NCBI GenBank assembly: GCA_963756005.1
Contig: CAVWMC010000001.1
Span: forward strand, 198,872-262,871
Direction of reading: 5' to 3'
Length of the DNA stretch: 64,000 bases
Source: an uncultured delta proteobacterium
Lineage (GTDB): Bacteria; Desulfobacterota; Binatia; Binatales; Binataceae
This document shows, one piece after another, positions 33,826-43,602 of the stretch. The notes beneath the pieces were generated by a model, which was not told where the DNA came from, did no database searches, and saw nothing but the letters and a program-made list of their open reading frames with translations. Within the stretch, counting starts at the first letter, position 1, and every line of letters starts with the position of its first letter. The translations under genes and the position numbers were made by a program.

Positions 33826-33860
33826 GACAGCTTCGCGCACGCGAAGCCGGTTCCGGTCTC
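33826..33860. repeat. 35-bp dispersed palindromic repeat, copy 1
   Basis: GACAGCTTCGCGCACGCGAAGCCGGTTCCGGTCTC, identical to 54060-54094. Confidence 0.9.
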
Positions 33861-33887
33861 TGAAATCGCGCAGCGCTCCTTAAAAGC

Positions 33888-33924
33888 GAACCGCGGGAAC
33901 GGATCGACTCCGTCCCCGCGGTTC
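33888..33924 (-). terminator. Probable intrinsic terminator between convergent rarA and HU
   Basis: Stem GAACCGCGGG / CCCGCGGTTC with inner ACGGA/TCCGT; followed by GCTTTT on the minus strand. Confidence 0.6.
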
Positions 33925-33943
33925 ACAAAATTCAGCCGACTGA

Positions 33944-34228
33944 TTACTTCGTGCCGAGAACCGAGTCCTTCAACGCCTTGGCGGCGGTGAAGCGAAGCCG
34001 GGTGCGCGCAGGAATCTTGATCTCCTGACCAGTCGCCGGATTGCGACCCATCCGCGCCTTGGTCTTGCGCTTGCGGAAGATGCCGAGGCCGGCCAGCCGC
34101 AGCGATCCTTCCTTCTTCAGTTCGCGGACCACCAGCGCGTTGAGCTCCTCGAGCACGGTCTTGCCCTGCTTCTTGGTGAGTCCCAGCTTTTCAGCCATGT
34201 AGGCTGCTACCTGCGATTGCGTCATCAT
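33944..34228 (-). CDS. hup: HU family DNA-binding protein
   Basis: LAGLGIF and RKTKARMGRNPATGQEIKIPA signature. Confidence 0.95.
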   Translation of the reverse strand: MMTQSQVAAYMAEKLGLTKKQGKTVLEELNALVVRELKKEGSLRLAGLGIFRKRKTKARMGRNPATGQEIKIPARTRLRFTAAKALKDSVLGTK

Positions 34229-34421
34229 CCTCCTCCTTGCGTTGCGGGTTGCGGGCTTTCAGTGAGGGTGAACGAGTGGCGCGGGAATTTCAAGTGCGGG
34301 CGGCCTCGAAATCGCGATTTTTTCTAGGGTTCGTGATGGTTTTTGCACAGGCTCGTCGCCTTTCCATTGAGCCCCAAGGGGTTTGCGCCGATGAAATCGC
34401 GCGGCCTGCACGATCATCCCG

Positions 34422-35153
34422 TCAGTAGCGGACTTCGACGAGGTACAGTCCGCCCGGCGGCGCGTTGGCGGGCGCCGCTCCACGATCGCATCCGGCGAGA
34501 ATAGTGGCGATTTGATCACGCGTCAGCTTGCCGCGCCCCACGTCGATCATCGCCGCGACCATCGCGCGCACCATGTGCCGCAGGAAGCTGTTGGCCTCGA
34601 CGCGGTACACAAGTACATCATCCGCGCGCGTCCACTCGCTCGAAATCACGCGCCGAATCGTCGTCCTCACTTCCGTGCCGAGCGAGCGGAACGCGGCGAA
34701 ATCGTGATCGCCGACAAAGATTTGCGCGGCGCGGTTCATCGCCGCGAGATCGAGCCGGTCGCGCACGAGCCAGCTGTAGCGATAGTCGAAAGCCGAGGCG
34801 ACCTGGCGATTCAACACGCGATATTCGTAAACGCGCGAGCGCGCCGCGCGGCGCGGATCGAAGTCGTCGGGCGCGACTACGATGTCGAGCACCACGATGT
34901 CCGCCGGGAGGATCGAGTTGAGCGCGCGCTGCAATTCGGTGGCGTCGAACGGGCGCGGAATCGAAATCGAAGCGACCTGCCCGCGCGCATGCACGCCCGC
35001 GTCGGTGCGGCCCGAACCGAACACGCGCACCGGCGCCGCGAAAATCCGCTCGAGCGCCGCTTCAATCCTGCCCTGGATCGAATCGTGCCTCGGCTGAAGC
35101 TGCCATCCGGAATAGTTGCGGCCGTCGTACTCGATCGTGAGCTTGAGGACCAT
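34422..35153 (-). CDS. truA: tRNA pseudouridine(38-40) synthase
   Basis: IEYDGRNYSGWQ, GSGRTDAGVHA, FLRHMVR and APPGGLYL; start placed at MVLKLT. Confidence 0.95.
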   Translation of the reverse strand: MVLKLTIEYDGRNYSGWQLQPRHDSIQGRIEAALERIFAAPVRVFGSGRTDAGVHARGQVASISIPRPFDATELQRALNSILPADIVVLDIVVAPDDFDPRRAARSRVYEYRVLNRQVASAFDYRYSWLVRDRLDLAAMNRAAQIFVGDHDFAAFRSLGTEVRTTIRRVISSEWTRADDVLVYRVEANSFLRHMVRAMVAAMIDVGRGKLTRDQIATILAGCDRGAAPANAPPGGLYLVEVRY

Positions 35154-35161
35154 CGCGCGGA

Positions 35162-36148
35162 TCAGGCCAGGGCCGGCGAGCTGAGCGCCAACGTCTCGGC
35201 GATCCAGAGCGCTCCCAGAGCCGCCAGGCGCGTGTTGTCGAAGACGCACCATAGCGACACTGAGTCGGCGCGCGCCTCGACGCTGACCACGATGGCCTCC
35301 TGGCCGACGGCGTCGATCACGCCGAGCGGGTCGCCTTCTTCGGCAATCAGGATGCCGGGCGCGACGCGCAGCTGCTCAACCGGATCTTCGCCGTCGCCCG
35401 AGCGATCGCGCGGCCGCTGGATATCGACGGTCAAGGCCGAACCGTGAAGCACGGGAATTGCCGCGGCCTGCACGGAGAGCGTCGGCGCTTTGCCGAGCAG
35501 CATCGCGACTTGCGCGGCGATTGCGGCCGCGACCGAGCGTTCGTGCTCGCGCATGAAGGCGTTGAACCCGCGCTGGACTTCGTCGTCCTCGAGCTCGAGG
35601 CGCGCACTCAAAAGATCGGTGGTCTGATCAACCGTGGCCGTCAGCATTTCCATGCCGCCGGCGCTGGCGCCAAGCATCGCGGTCGCGGCCACGAATCCAG
35701 CGCGCGTGCCCAGCGCCGTGAGACAGGTGGCGAGCACGTGCGCGGCCGGATGAGGAATCGCGAACACCTTCGATTTGCGCAATTGCGCGAACGACTCGCG
35801 CGATGTGAGTCCCGGCGCGACCATTGGCACGTCGGTGGGCGGGCGATTCGCCGCGCTCAAGTCGATCAGAATCGGACCGGGCTGTGCGGCAATGATTTCG
35901 GCCGCACGCGCCGACGGAATCGCAAGGAACGCGAAGTCGAAGTCGTGAAGCTCGGCCGGATTCTCGAGCGCATCGACCAGCCGCTCCTCGCCGCCGGCGT
36001 CAACCGTCTGCATCGCGCCCGCTTCGGTCGTGAATAGTTTCAGCTCACTGAGCTGGAAGCCGCGCGCGGCGATCAGTTCGATTAGCTGGTTGCCGACCGC
36101 GCCGGTGGCGCCGACAACCGCCACTCTCGGCTCGCGGGTGATACTCAT
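35162..36148 (-). CDS. Aspartate-semialdehyde dehydrogenase-like protein (Usg-like, catalytic Cys absent)
   Basis: AVVGATGAVG Rossmann motif and WCVFDNTR C-terminus, but AIPHPAAH where Asd has NPNC; upstream of truA as in usg-truA. Confidence 0.8.
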   Translation of the reverse strand: MSITREPRVAVVGATGAVGNQLIELIAARGFQLSELKLFTTEAGAMQTVDAGGEERLVDALENPAELHDFDFAFLAIPSARAAEIIAAQPGPILIDLSAANRPPTDVPMVAPGLTSRESFAQLRKSKVFAIPHPAAHVLATCLTALGTRAGFVAATAMLGASAGGMEMLTATVDQTTDLLSARLELEDDEVQRGFNAFMREHERSVAAAIAAQVAMLLGKAPTLSVQAAAIPVLHGSALTVDIQRPRDRSGDGEDPVEQLRVAPGILIAEEGDPLGVIDAVGQEAIVVSVEARADSVSLWCVFDNTRLAALGALWIAETLALSSPALA

Positions 36149-37260
36149 TCGTTCTCGCTTTCGGAACTCTCGAGCTTTTCGCGCACCAGCCGGCCCATCG
36201 CCTTGCATCCGATGATCTGCGTGCCGGTGCCGCCGTGCAGATCACGAGTGCGATAGCCGTCACGCACGACGGAATCGACCGCCTGCGAAATCAACTCGGC
36301 TTCCGATCGCATTCCGAGCGAATGTTCGAGCAGCATCGCGGCCGACAGGATTGCGGCAAGCGGATTGGCCTCGTCGCGGCCCGCAATGTCCGGCGCGCTG
36401 CCGTGAATCGGCTCGTACAGTCCGACCCGGAAGCCGGCGCTGTTGAGCTCCTCGCCGAGCGACGCCGACGGCAACAGTCCCATCGATCCCGCGAGCACCG
36501 AAGCTTCGTCGGTCAGGATGTCGCCGAACATGTTCTCGGTGACGATCACGTCGAAGTCCTTGGGGCGGCGTATCAGATGCATCGCCATCGAATCGACCAG
36601 CTGATTCTCGAACGCGACGTCCTTGTACTGCGCGCTCAACTCAGTTGCGATCTCGCGCCACAAGCGAGACGTCGAGATGACGTTGGCCTTGTCGACCGAC
36701 GTCAGTTTCTTGCGGCGATCGCGCGCCAGCTCGAAACCAAACTTGAGCACGCGAACAATCTCGGCTTCGGTGTAGAAGCAGGTATCGACCGCCTCGCGTC
36801 CTTCTTTCGTGGTGCGCTTTTCGCTCGGCTTGCCGTAGTAGATGCCGCCGGTCAGCTCGCGAATGACAACCATATCGACGCCGGCGACCAATTCGGGCTT
36901 GAGCGGCGACGCTGCGATCAGCTCCTTCACTGTTTTGACCGGACGCACGTTGGCGAACAATCCCAGCGCTTTGCGCAGTCCAAGCAAACCCTGCTCGGGA
37001 CGCTTCTCCGCGTTAGGCTTGTCCCATTTCGGTCCGCCGACGGCGCCGAGCAGAATCGCGTCGCTGTCCTGCGCGTGCTTGAGCACTTCATCGGGCAGCG
37101 GCGTGCCGGCGGTGTCGAGCGCGTGCCCGCCGATCAGGCCTTCCTTGAACTCGAGATCGACCGCCGATCGGCGCGCGATGATCTTGAGCACCTGCAGAGC
37201 TTCGCCGACGACCTCGGGGCCGATGCCGTCACCTTTCAAAACTAGAATTTTATAGGCCAT
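36145..37260 (-). CDS. leuB: 3-isopropylmalate dehydrogenase
   Basis: GDGIGPEV, LLGAVGGPKW, RELTGGIY, NMFGDILTDEA and EPIHGSAPDIAG. Confidence 0.97.
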   Translation of the reverse strand: MAYKILVLKGDGIGPEVVGEALQVLKIIARRSAVDLEFKEGLIGGHALDTAGTPLPDEVLKHAQDSDAILLGAVGGPKWDKPNAEKRPEQGLLGLRKALGLFANVRPVKTVKELIAASPLKPELVAGVDMVVIRELTGGIYYGKPSEKRTTKEGREAVDTCFYTEAEIVRVLKFGFELARDRRKKLTSVDKANVISTSRLWREIATELSAQYKDVAFENQLVDSMAMHLIRRPKDFDVIVTENMFGDILTDEASVLAGSMGLLPSASLGEELNSAGFRVGLYEPIHGSAPDIAGRDEANPLAAILSAAMLLEHSLGMRSEAELISQAVDSVVRDGYRTRDLHGGTGTQIIGCKAMGRLVREKLESSESENE

Positions 37261-37507
37261 GCGAAAGCGTTGAACGCCGGGACGTGAATGATCGGGAGAG
37301 CCGTCGGACAGTCTCGACCCGTCAGTGTATAGCCTCGAAACTCAGGATAGCCGGTTGGCGCGACGGCGCTGTAGCAAACCTCGCCACAATGGCAGGAGTC
37401 GCGGAAGGCCGCATCTCGCGCGGGATGAAGAGCGAATTCAAGTTCAAACTCAAGCTCTCAAAGCACTAGCCCAAGAATCATGTTGCGGCAAGCCCCGTTG
37501 CCGCGGC

Positions 37508-39085
37508 TCAGCGGACGTCGCTGGTCGGCTTGAGCGGCGCATGCTTGCGCGCCTTGAGCCGGTTGAGCGCGTTGACCAGCGCCAGCGCACTCGCCATGAC
37601 GATATCGCTATGCGCGCCCTGGCCGGCGACGGTCACGCCGTTTTCGCGAATCATGCAGCTGACTTCGCCGAGCGCGTCGGTGCCGCCGGTGATCGCCTTG
37701 ACCGCGTAACGTTCGAGCGCCGGATTGATTTCCGCGATTTTGTAGATCGCCTTGTAGCACGCATCCACCATTCCGTCGCCTCCGCCCTCGGCCGTGTGTT
37801 CTTTTCCATCAACGCGCAGAGTGACTTCCGCGTGCGGCGTGCTTTTGCTCGACGAGCCGACCTTCAAATCGACCAGCTCGAAATGATCGACCGTCCGGCG
37901 CGCGCTTTCGGTGACGAGCGCCAGGATGTCGTCGTCGTACACGATTTTCTTTTTGTCACAGAGCGCCTTGAACTCGGCGAACGCCTTGTTGACGTCAACG
38001 TCCTCGATATCGACGCCGAGTTCCTTGAGCCGGTTGGTGAACGCGTGACGCCCCGAATGCTTGCCCAGCACCAGCTTGTTTGACGGGATGCCGATGTCCT
38101 CGGGCTTCATGATCTCGTACGTCAGCTTGTACTTCAGCACGCCGTCCTGATGGATCCCGGCTTCATGCGCGAACGCATTGTCGCCGACGATCGGCTTGTT
38201 GGCCGGCACCGATTGCCCGATCACCTGCGACAACAGGCGCGAAGCCGGATAGATCTGCTGGGTCTTCACGCGCGACTGCACGCCCATCAGGTCGCGGCGC
38301 GTCTTCATCGCCATCACGACTTCTTCCATCGAGCAGTTGCCCGCGCGCTCCCCGATGCCGTTGATAGTGCATTCGATCTGACGCGCACCGTTGCGCACCG
38401 CCGCCAGCGAATTCGCCACGGCCAGCCCGAGATCGTTATGACAGTGCGCGCTCCAAATGACCTTGTCGGCGCCGGGAACCTTCTCGCGCATGTACGCGAA
38501 CATCCGGCCGAATTCTTCGGGGATCGCGTGGCCGGTGGTGTCGGGCAGATTGATCACGGTGGCGCCGGCGCGAATCACCTCGCTGCAAACATCGACCATG
38601 TAATCCCAGTCGGAACGCGACGCGTCTTCGCACGAGAACTCGATGTAGTCGAGATGCTTCTTGGCGCGCGTGACGGCCCACGTCGCGGCGTCGAGCACGT
38701 CCTCGCGGTTCATGTTGAGCTTGTACTTGAGATGAATCTCGGAGGTCGCGATGAAAATATGAATCCCCGGATGCGCCGCCTTATCGACCGCACGCAGCGC
38801 CGCATCGACGTCCGGCTCGCCCGTGCGCGACAGGCTCAGCACCACAGGCTCGGTGACTGCCTGTGCGACGCGAGTTATCGATTCGAAGTCGCCGGGCGAA
38901 GAAACCGCGAAGCCAGCCTCGATGATGTCGACGTTGAGCCGCTCGAGTTGCCGCGCGAGCGAGATCTTCTCCTCGACGTTCATCGTGCAGCCGGGCGACT
39001 GCTCGCCGTCGCGCAGCGTGGTGTCGAAGATCCGGACGTAATCCGTGTCGTCGTGCGAAGCCGTGTTCGCGTGTGCCATCGTCAT
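37508..39085 (-). CDS. leuA: 2-isopropylmalate synthase
   Basis: FDTTLRDGEQSPG, HCHNDLGLA, GIGERAGN and HEAGIHQDG; C-terminal regulatory domain. Confidence 0.97.
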   Translation of the reverse strand: MTMAHANTASHDDTDYVRIFDTTLRDGEQSPGCTMNVEEKISLARQLERLNVDIIEAGFAVSSPGDFESITRVAQAVTEPVVLSLSRTGEPDVDAALRAVDKAAHPGIHIFIATSEIHLKYKLNMNREDVLDAATWAVTRAKKHLDYIEFSCEDASRSDWDYMVDVCSEVIRAGATVINLPDTTGHAIPEEFGRMFAYMREKVPGADKVIWSAHCHNDLGLAVANSLAAVRNGARQIECTINGIGERAGNCSMEEVVMAMKTRRDLMGVQSRVKTQQIYPASRLLSQVIGQSVPANKPIVGDNAFAHEAGIHQDGVLKYKLTYEIMKPEDIGIPSNKLVLGKHSGRHAFTNRLKELGVDIEDVDVNKAFAEFKALCDKKKIVYDDDILALVTESARRTVDHFELVDLKVGSSSKSTPHAEVTLRVDGKEHTAEGGGDGMVDACYKAIYKIAEINPALERYAVKAITGGTDALGEVSCMIRENGVTVAGQGAHSDIVMASALALVNALNRLKARKHAPLKPTSDVR

Positions 39086-39142
39086 TCCTCCCGCATCATT
39101 GCCGCGGGATCAGCTGCCGATCGTTCGCCATGGGCGGAAAGT

Positions 39143-39191
39143 AGAAAAGAAAACGCCCCGGGCGGCTTCGATCGGCCCACTGCCCGGGGCG
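39143..39191 (-). terminator. Attenuator terminator of the leuA leader
   Basis: Minus strand CGCCCCGGGC...GCCCGGGGCG stem followed by TTTTCTTTTC, between the leader peptide and the leuA start. Confidence 0.8.
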
Positions 39192-39214
39192 TGTGTCTCA
39201 GTTTAATCAGGCCG

Positions 39215-39298
39215 TTAAACCTGTCCGGACGCGCGCCTGGCGTGGGCCCTTGTAAGGGCCAGGCTAAGCAGCAGCTCCGGTAGCAGGTTGGAAAACAT
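39215..39298 (-). CDS. leuL: Leucine-rich leader peptide (27 aa) of the leuA attenuator
   Basis: MFSNLLPELLLSLALTRAHARRASGQV: 7 Leu among codons 5-15, including CTG-CTA and CTG-CTG-CTT; not in the ORF track. Confidence 0.78.
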   Translation of the reverse strand: MFSNLLPELLLSLALTRAHARRASGQV

Positions 39299-39329
39299 CG
39301 TGTACGGATTCTAAGCGTCGGTGGAGAGG

Positions 39330-40268
39330 TCAGTCAAGCGGCCTCAGTGTTGGACTGGCGGATACTCGCGCAGACTGCGAGTGACGCGGGCGGGAATCGG
39401 ATTCACGCGCTTTCCCATTGGCGTCGTGCGACTTGTCGGCCGCGGCGACCGGGCGCAGCACTGAGACCTTGGCGCTCAGGCGTTCGCCGCGAATCATCAG
39501 CCATGGACCCGAGAGGACGTAGGCGCTCGAGAGCAGGAAGGCGGTCAGTTGCGGCATCGCGAACAGCATCGCGGCGGCGACCATCATGATGATCACGAGT
39601 TCGACCTGCGCGCGCTTTTCGAGCTTGATGGTTTTGAAGCTGGGATAGGGAACGCGCGAGATCATCAGGCCGCCGAGCGCGAGCGTGATCGGCACCATGA
39701 TCGCGCAAAGGGTTCGCGGCGAATCGAGTTCGAAGTAGCTGTAGGCGAGGACCATCCCGGCCATCATCGCGGCCGCTCCGGGCACCGGCAGGCCGACGAA
39801 GCGGCTCTTGTCGGCGGTCGCGGTCTGCACGTTGAAGCGCGCCAGGCGCAGCGCTGCGCAAATCACGAAAAGTCCGGTGACGCCGATTCCGAACGAGCCG
39901 ATTGGCTTCAGCGCCCACGAGTACGCCAGCATCGCGGGCGCGACGCCGAACGCGACCACGTCGGACAGGCTGTCGTACTCGACGCCGAACTGGCTCGAGG
40001 TGCGCGAGGCGCGCGCGACGCGGCCGTCGAGTCCGTCGCAGACGAACGCGATCACGATCATCACGGCGCCGACCTCGAAGTGCCCGCTGACCGACGCGAC
40101 CATCGAGTAGAAGCCCGACAGCAAGCCGATCGACGTGATCGTCGCGGGCAGCAAATAAACGCCGCGCCGCAGCGGGCCGTCCGCTTTGGCCGCCGGCTCG
40201 CCGCCCTGATCCGAGTAGAGAGTCATCCGCAAGCGCGCGTCACGCGAGCGGCGGGAGTTGCGGCTCAT
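39330..40268 (-). CDS. pssA: CDP-diacylglycerol--serine O-phosphatidyltransferase
   Basis: CDGLDGRVAR..FGVEYDSLSDVVAFGVAP, LRLARFN and FVGLPVP; ATGA overlap with psd. Confidence 0.93.
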   Translation of the reverse strand: MSRNSRRSRDARLRMTLYSDQGGEPAAKADGPLRRGVYLLPATITSIGLLSGFYSMVASVSGHFEVGAVMIVIAFVCDGLDGRVARASRTSSQFGVEYDSLSDVVAFGVAPAMLAYSWALKPIGSFGIGVTGLFVICAALRLARFNVQTATADKSRFVGLPVPGAAAMMAGMVLAYSYFELDSPRTLCAIMVPITLALGGLMISRVPYPSFKTIKLEKRAQVELVIIMMVAAAMLFAMPQLTAFLLSSAYVLSGPWLMIRGERLSAKVSVLRPVAAADKSHDANGKARESDSRPRHSQSARVSASPTLRPLD

Positions 40269-40963
40269 TGCTCGATTGCTCCGATGATTGATTCTCCGGC
40301 GCGCACGCGATCCCCGAGCGACACCGTGACGCGGTATTCCGGCGGAAAAAAGTGATCGACGCGGCTTCCAAACATAATCAGGCCGATCCGCTGACCTGCC
40401 TGTATTCTATCACGCGCCCGAAGCCGGCAAACAATCCGCCGGGCGAGGTAGCCGGCCACCTGCATCATGCCGAACATGCGGCCCGCCGCGTCGGTCATCG
40501 CGATCAGATTTCGCTCGTTGCGCTCGCTGGCGTCGTCGCGAAACGCCGCGCGAAACTCGCCCGCCGTGTGTTCGACCATCGTGACTTCGCCGGCGACCGG
40601 CGCGCGATTGACGTGGACGTTGAGCGGCGACATGAACACCGACACGCGACGGCATGGCTTGCCCGTCGAGCCGGGAAAAGAAACGTCGGAGATGTCGGTG
40701 ACTTTGCCGTCGGCGCCGGAGATGACGACATTTTCGGTGCGCGCCGGGAAGCGTTCAGGATCGCGAAAGAAAAGCGCGACCGGAATTGCGAGGATTACTA
40801 TGATCGCGCCGATCGAGTTGAGGCCAAGCGCAATCAGGATGATTCCGAATAGCGCCAAGCCGAGCGACATCGCAACGCCTTCCGTCGCGATTCCGATCGT
40901 GCTCGCGATACGCGCAAGGACCGCGCCCGGCGCCGCGCGCCCGCTATCGGTTTCGCCCGCCAC
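40265..40963 (-). CDS. psd: Phosphatidylserine decarboxylase
   Basis: FFRDPER, SGADGKV, FMSPLNVHVNRAP, ERNERN and MFGSRVD (cleavage-site Ser). Confidence 0.93.
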   Translation of the reverse strand: MAGETDSGRAAPGAVLARIASTIGIATEGVAMSLGLALFGIILIALGLNSIGAIIVILAIPVALFFRDPERFPARTENVVISGADGKVTDISDVSFPGSTGKPCRRVSVFMSPLNVHVNRAPVAGEVTMVEHTAGEFRAAFRDDASERNERNLIAMTDAAGRMFGMMQVAGYLARRIVCRLRARDRIQAGQRIGLIMFGSRVDHFFPPEYRVTVSLGDRVRAGESIIGAIEQ

Positions 40964-40969
40964 GCGCGT

Positions 40970-41986
40970 CTAGTTCTTCGACTTATCGACCAGCCGGTCG
41001 CTCGCGAGCCACGGCATGAACGCGCGCAGCTTGCGCCCGACCTCTTCGACCGGGTGCTGCGCCGCTTCCTTGCGCAGTTCGCGGAAACGCGGCAGCCCGG
41101 CCTTGTAGTCGCCGATCCATTCGTTGGCGAACTTGCCCGACTGGATGTCCGCGAGGATTTGTTTCATCGCCGCGCGCGAATCCTTGCCTATTACCTTGGT
41201 CCCGCGCGTCATGTCGCCGTACTCGGCGGTGTTGCTGATCGAGTAGCGCATGTTCGAGATACCGCCCTCGTAGATCAGATCGACGATCAGCTTAACTTCG
41301 TGCAGCGTCTCGAAGTACGCCATCTCGGGCGCGTAGCCGGCTTCGACCAGCGTCTCGTAGCCGGCACGAATCAGCTCGGTCAGTCCGCCGCACAGCACCG
41401 ATTGCTCGCCGAACAGGTCGGTCTCGGTCTCCTCTCTGAATGACGTCTCGATGATCGCCGCGCGGCCGCCGCCGATCGCGCTGCCGTACGCGAGCCCGAC
41501 TTTGGCGGTGTCTTTCGACGGATCCTGCTCGACCGCGAGCAGGCACGGCACGCCGCGGCCCTTGGTGTATTCGGAGCGCACGAGATGACCGGGGCCCTTG
41601 GGCGCGATCATGAAGACGTTGACGTCGGCCGGCGGCTTGATGAATTTGAAATGGATATTGAAGCCGTGGCCGAAGGCCAGGTATTTGCCCTTGGTGAGAT
41701 GCGGCGCGATTTCGGCTTCGTAAATCTCCGCGCCCATCTCGTCCGGCACCAGCATCATGATCACGTCGGCGCGCTTGGCGGCCTCGGCGGTATCGAACAC
41801 GGGCAGGCCCTGCTTGGCGGCCTTTTCGCGCGACGTGGACTTCGCGCCGAGCCCGACGCATACGTCCATCCCGCTGTCGCGCAAGTTGAGCGCATGCGCA
41901 TGGCCCTGGCTTCCAAAGCCAATGACCGCGATTTTTTTGCCCTTGAGCGCGGACAGGTCCGCGTCGCGGTCGTAGTAAACCTTCAT
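40970..41986 (-). CDS. ilvC: Ketol-acid reductoisomerase
   Basis: [36 protein letters not shown] and SNTAEYG. Confidence 0.97.
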   Translation of the reverse strand: MKVYYDRDADLSALKGKKIAVIGFGSQGHAHALNLRDSGMDVCVGLGAKSTSREKAAKQGLPVFDTAEAAKRADVIMMLVPDEMGAEIYEAEIAPHLTKGKYLAFGHGFNIHFKFIKPPADVNVFMIAPKGPGHLVRSEYTKGRGVPCLLAVEQDPSKDTAKVGLAYGSAIGGGRAAIIETSFREETETDLFGEQSVLCGGLTELIRAGYETLVEAGYAPEMAYFETLHEVKLIVDLIYEGGISNMRYSISNTAEYGDMTRGTKVIGKDSRAAMKQILADIQSGKFANEWIGDYKAGLPRFRELRKEAAQHPVEEVGRKLRAFMPWLASDRLVDKSKN

Positions 41987-42020
41987 TTCGATGTTCTCCC
42001 GAATTTTTCCGCTGTCTGAC

Positions 42021-42551
42021 TTATTCAGCTTCGCGCGCCCGCCGGCTCTGATGATTGTCGTGGTTGAGCTGGACCGATCGCGCCATCGCGACCTTGCCCG
42101 ACCGCACCACTTCCTTGATTCCGAGCGGCCGCACGATCGCGATGAACTTCTTGATCTTTTCGGAGTCGCCGGTCAGCTCGACGGTGATTGCGCGCGGGCC
42201 GATATCAATCACGTGGCCGCGAAACGCCGTGACGATCGAGTCGAGCTCCGAGCGCGTGCGCTCATCGACGGAGACCTTGACGATCACCATCTCGCGATCG
42301 ATCGTCTCGACGTCCTTGAAGTCGGTAATCTTGATCACCGACACCAGCTTGTTGAGCTGCTTGTTGATTTGCTCGACGATCTGATCGTCGCCGGTGGTGA
42401 CCAGCACGATGCGCGAGACCGTCGGATCGAGCGGATCCTCGTTGACGGTCAGGGACTCGATGTTGAAGCCGCGGCCCGAAAACAGTCCGGCCACGCGTGC
42501 GAGCACGCCGAATTCGTTTTCAACCAGAACCGATATCGTATGACTTGTCAT
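42021..42551 (-). CDS. ilvN: Acetolactate synthase small (regulatory) subunit
   Basis: [40 protein letters not shown]-like segment and ELTGD. Confidence 0.93.
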   Translation of the reverse strand: MTSHTISVLVENEFGVLARVAGLFSGRGFNIESLTVNEDPLDPTVSRIVLVTTGDDQIVEQINKQLNKLVSVIKITDFKDVETIDREMVIVKVSVDERTRSELDSIVTAFRGHVIDIGPRAITVELTGDSEKIKKFIAIVRPLGIKEVVRSGKVAMARSVQLNHDNHQSRRAREAE

Positions 42552-42589
42552 GCGGTGGAGTGCGCGCGCTCATGGCCGGACCCTTGGCG

Positions 42590-42820
42590 TCAGCGAGCCT
42601 CTTGTTGATAGCGGCCGAGAATCGCCATCATGCGGTCTTTCGAGGCCAGCTTGAGCTTCTGGATGCGCTTTTCTTCGATTTCCTCTTCAGTGGTCAGATA
42701 ATGTTTGTGTCTAAAGACTTCGAGTTTTTGTTTGAGCTCTTGATGCTCCGTGTAGAGGGCCCGCAGGTCCTCGTCGTGGGTCAGATGCTGCCGAATGAGT
42801 TCTTCTTCTCGATGCTCCAT
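42590..42820 (-). CDS. DUF465/YdcH-like small coiled-coil protein
   Basis: EHQELKQKL...IQKLKLASKDRM pattern. Confidence 0.7.
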   Translation of the reverse strand: MEHREEELIRQHLTHDEDLRALYTEHQELKQKLEVFRHKHYLTTEEEIEEKRIQKLKLASKDRMMAILGRYQQEAR

Positions 42821-43602
42821 ACGCCCTCCGTACCTGTGCCTGCCGGATTTTTCGATGTGGGCTTGAACGTAGCCTCCGGCGTCCTGATGTATAGCGGCTC
42901 AATCGAAGCCGCTCGATCCGTTTCACCACGGGCAAACCGCGCCCCGCCCAGCGCCGCGACGCAGACTCCGCGCAAATCGAGCATCCCTGTATCGAAACCC
43001 GCCACCCAATGCCCTCGCGATTTCACAAGGGCCGCCGCATCCTTCGCTCTTTCGTCACCGACAAACATTACGTCCTCGGTGATGCGCGATGCCAGGTGTT
43101 CCAGCGCGATTACCAATTCCTCTGACAGTTTTTCTAGCCCATCGGCCACGACCCGGTAAAGAGCCGCGTAAACTTCGCCTTTGCGGGCATCCACAACCAC
43201 GCAGACCAGCCGTCCTTCATCGGTATTGTGGCGCTCGAGCGCGGATAATGCCATCGCGTCAAAACTCGGGATTCCGACGAGCGCGCATCCCGACGCCATC
43301 GCGATTCCCTTCGCATAGCTGAGCCCGATCCGCAGTCCGGTGAACGAGCCGGGGCCGGTGCCGACCGCGATTGCGCCGACATCGTGAATCGACAGTCCCG
43401 CCGCGCCAACCAGCTCGTCGATGGCGCTCGGCAATGCGGCGCCGTGCGACGTGGCCGAACGCTCGAGCGACGCGGCGACTTTGCCGCGTGCGATCAACGC
43501 GAGGCTGGCGATTGATGTGGAGGTATCGAGTCCCAGGACCGGGCGCGTTCCGGCCGCTTGTTCGAGCAGCCGATTAACCCTGCACAATACGCGAGATGTC
43601 AT
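42781..43602 (-). CDS. tsaB: tRNA threonylcarbamoyladenosine biosynthesis protein TsaB (start uncertain)
   Basis: LGLDTST, GTGPGSFTGLRIG, DARKGEVY and EPLYIR. Confidence 0.92.
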   Translation of the reverse strand: MTSRVLCRVNRLLEQAAGTRPVLGLDTSTSIASLALIARGKVAASLERSATSHGAALPSAIDELVGAAGLSIHDVGAIAVGTGPGSFTGLRIGLSYAKGIAMASGCALVGIPSFDAMALSALERHNTDEGRLVCVVVDARKGEVYAALYRVVADGLEKLSEELVIALEHLASRITEDVMFVGDERAKDAAALVKSRGHWVAGFDTGMLDLRGVCVAALGGARFARGETDRAASIEPLYIRTPEATFKPTSKNPAGTGTEGVWSIEKKNSFGSI

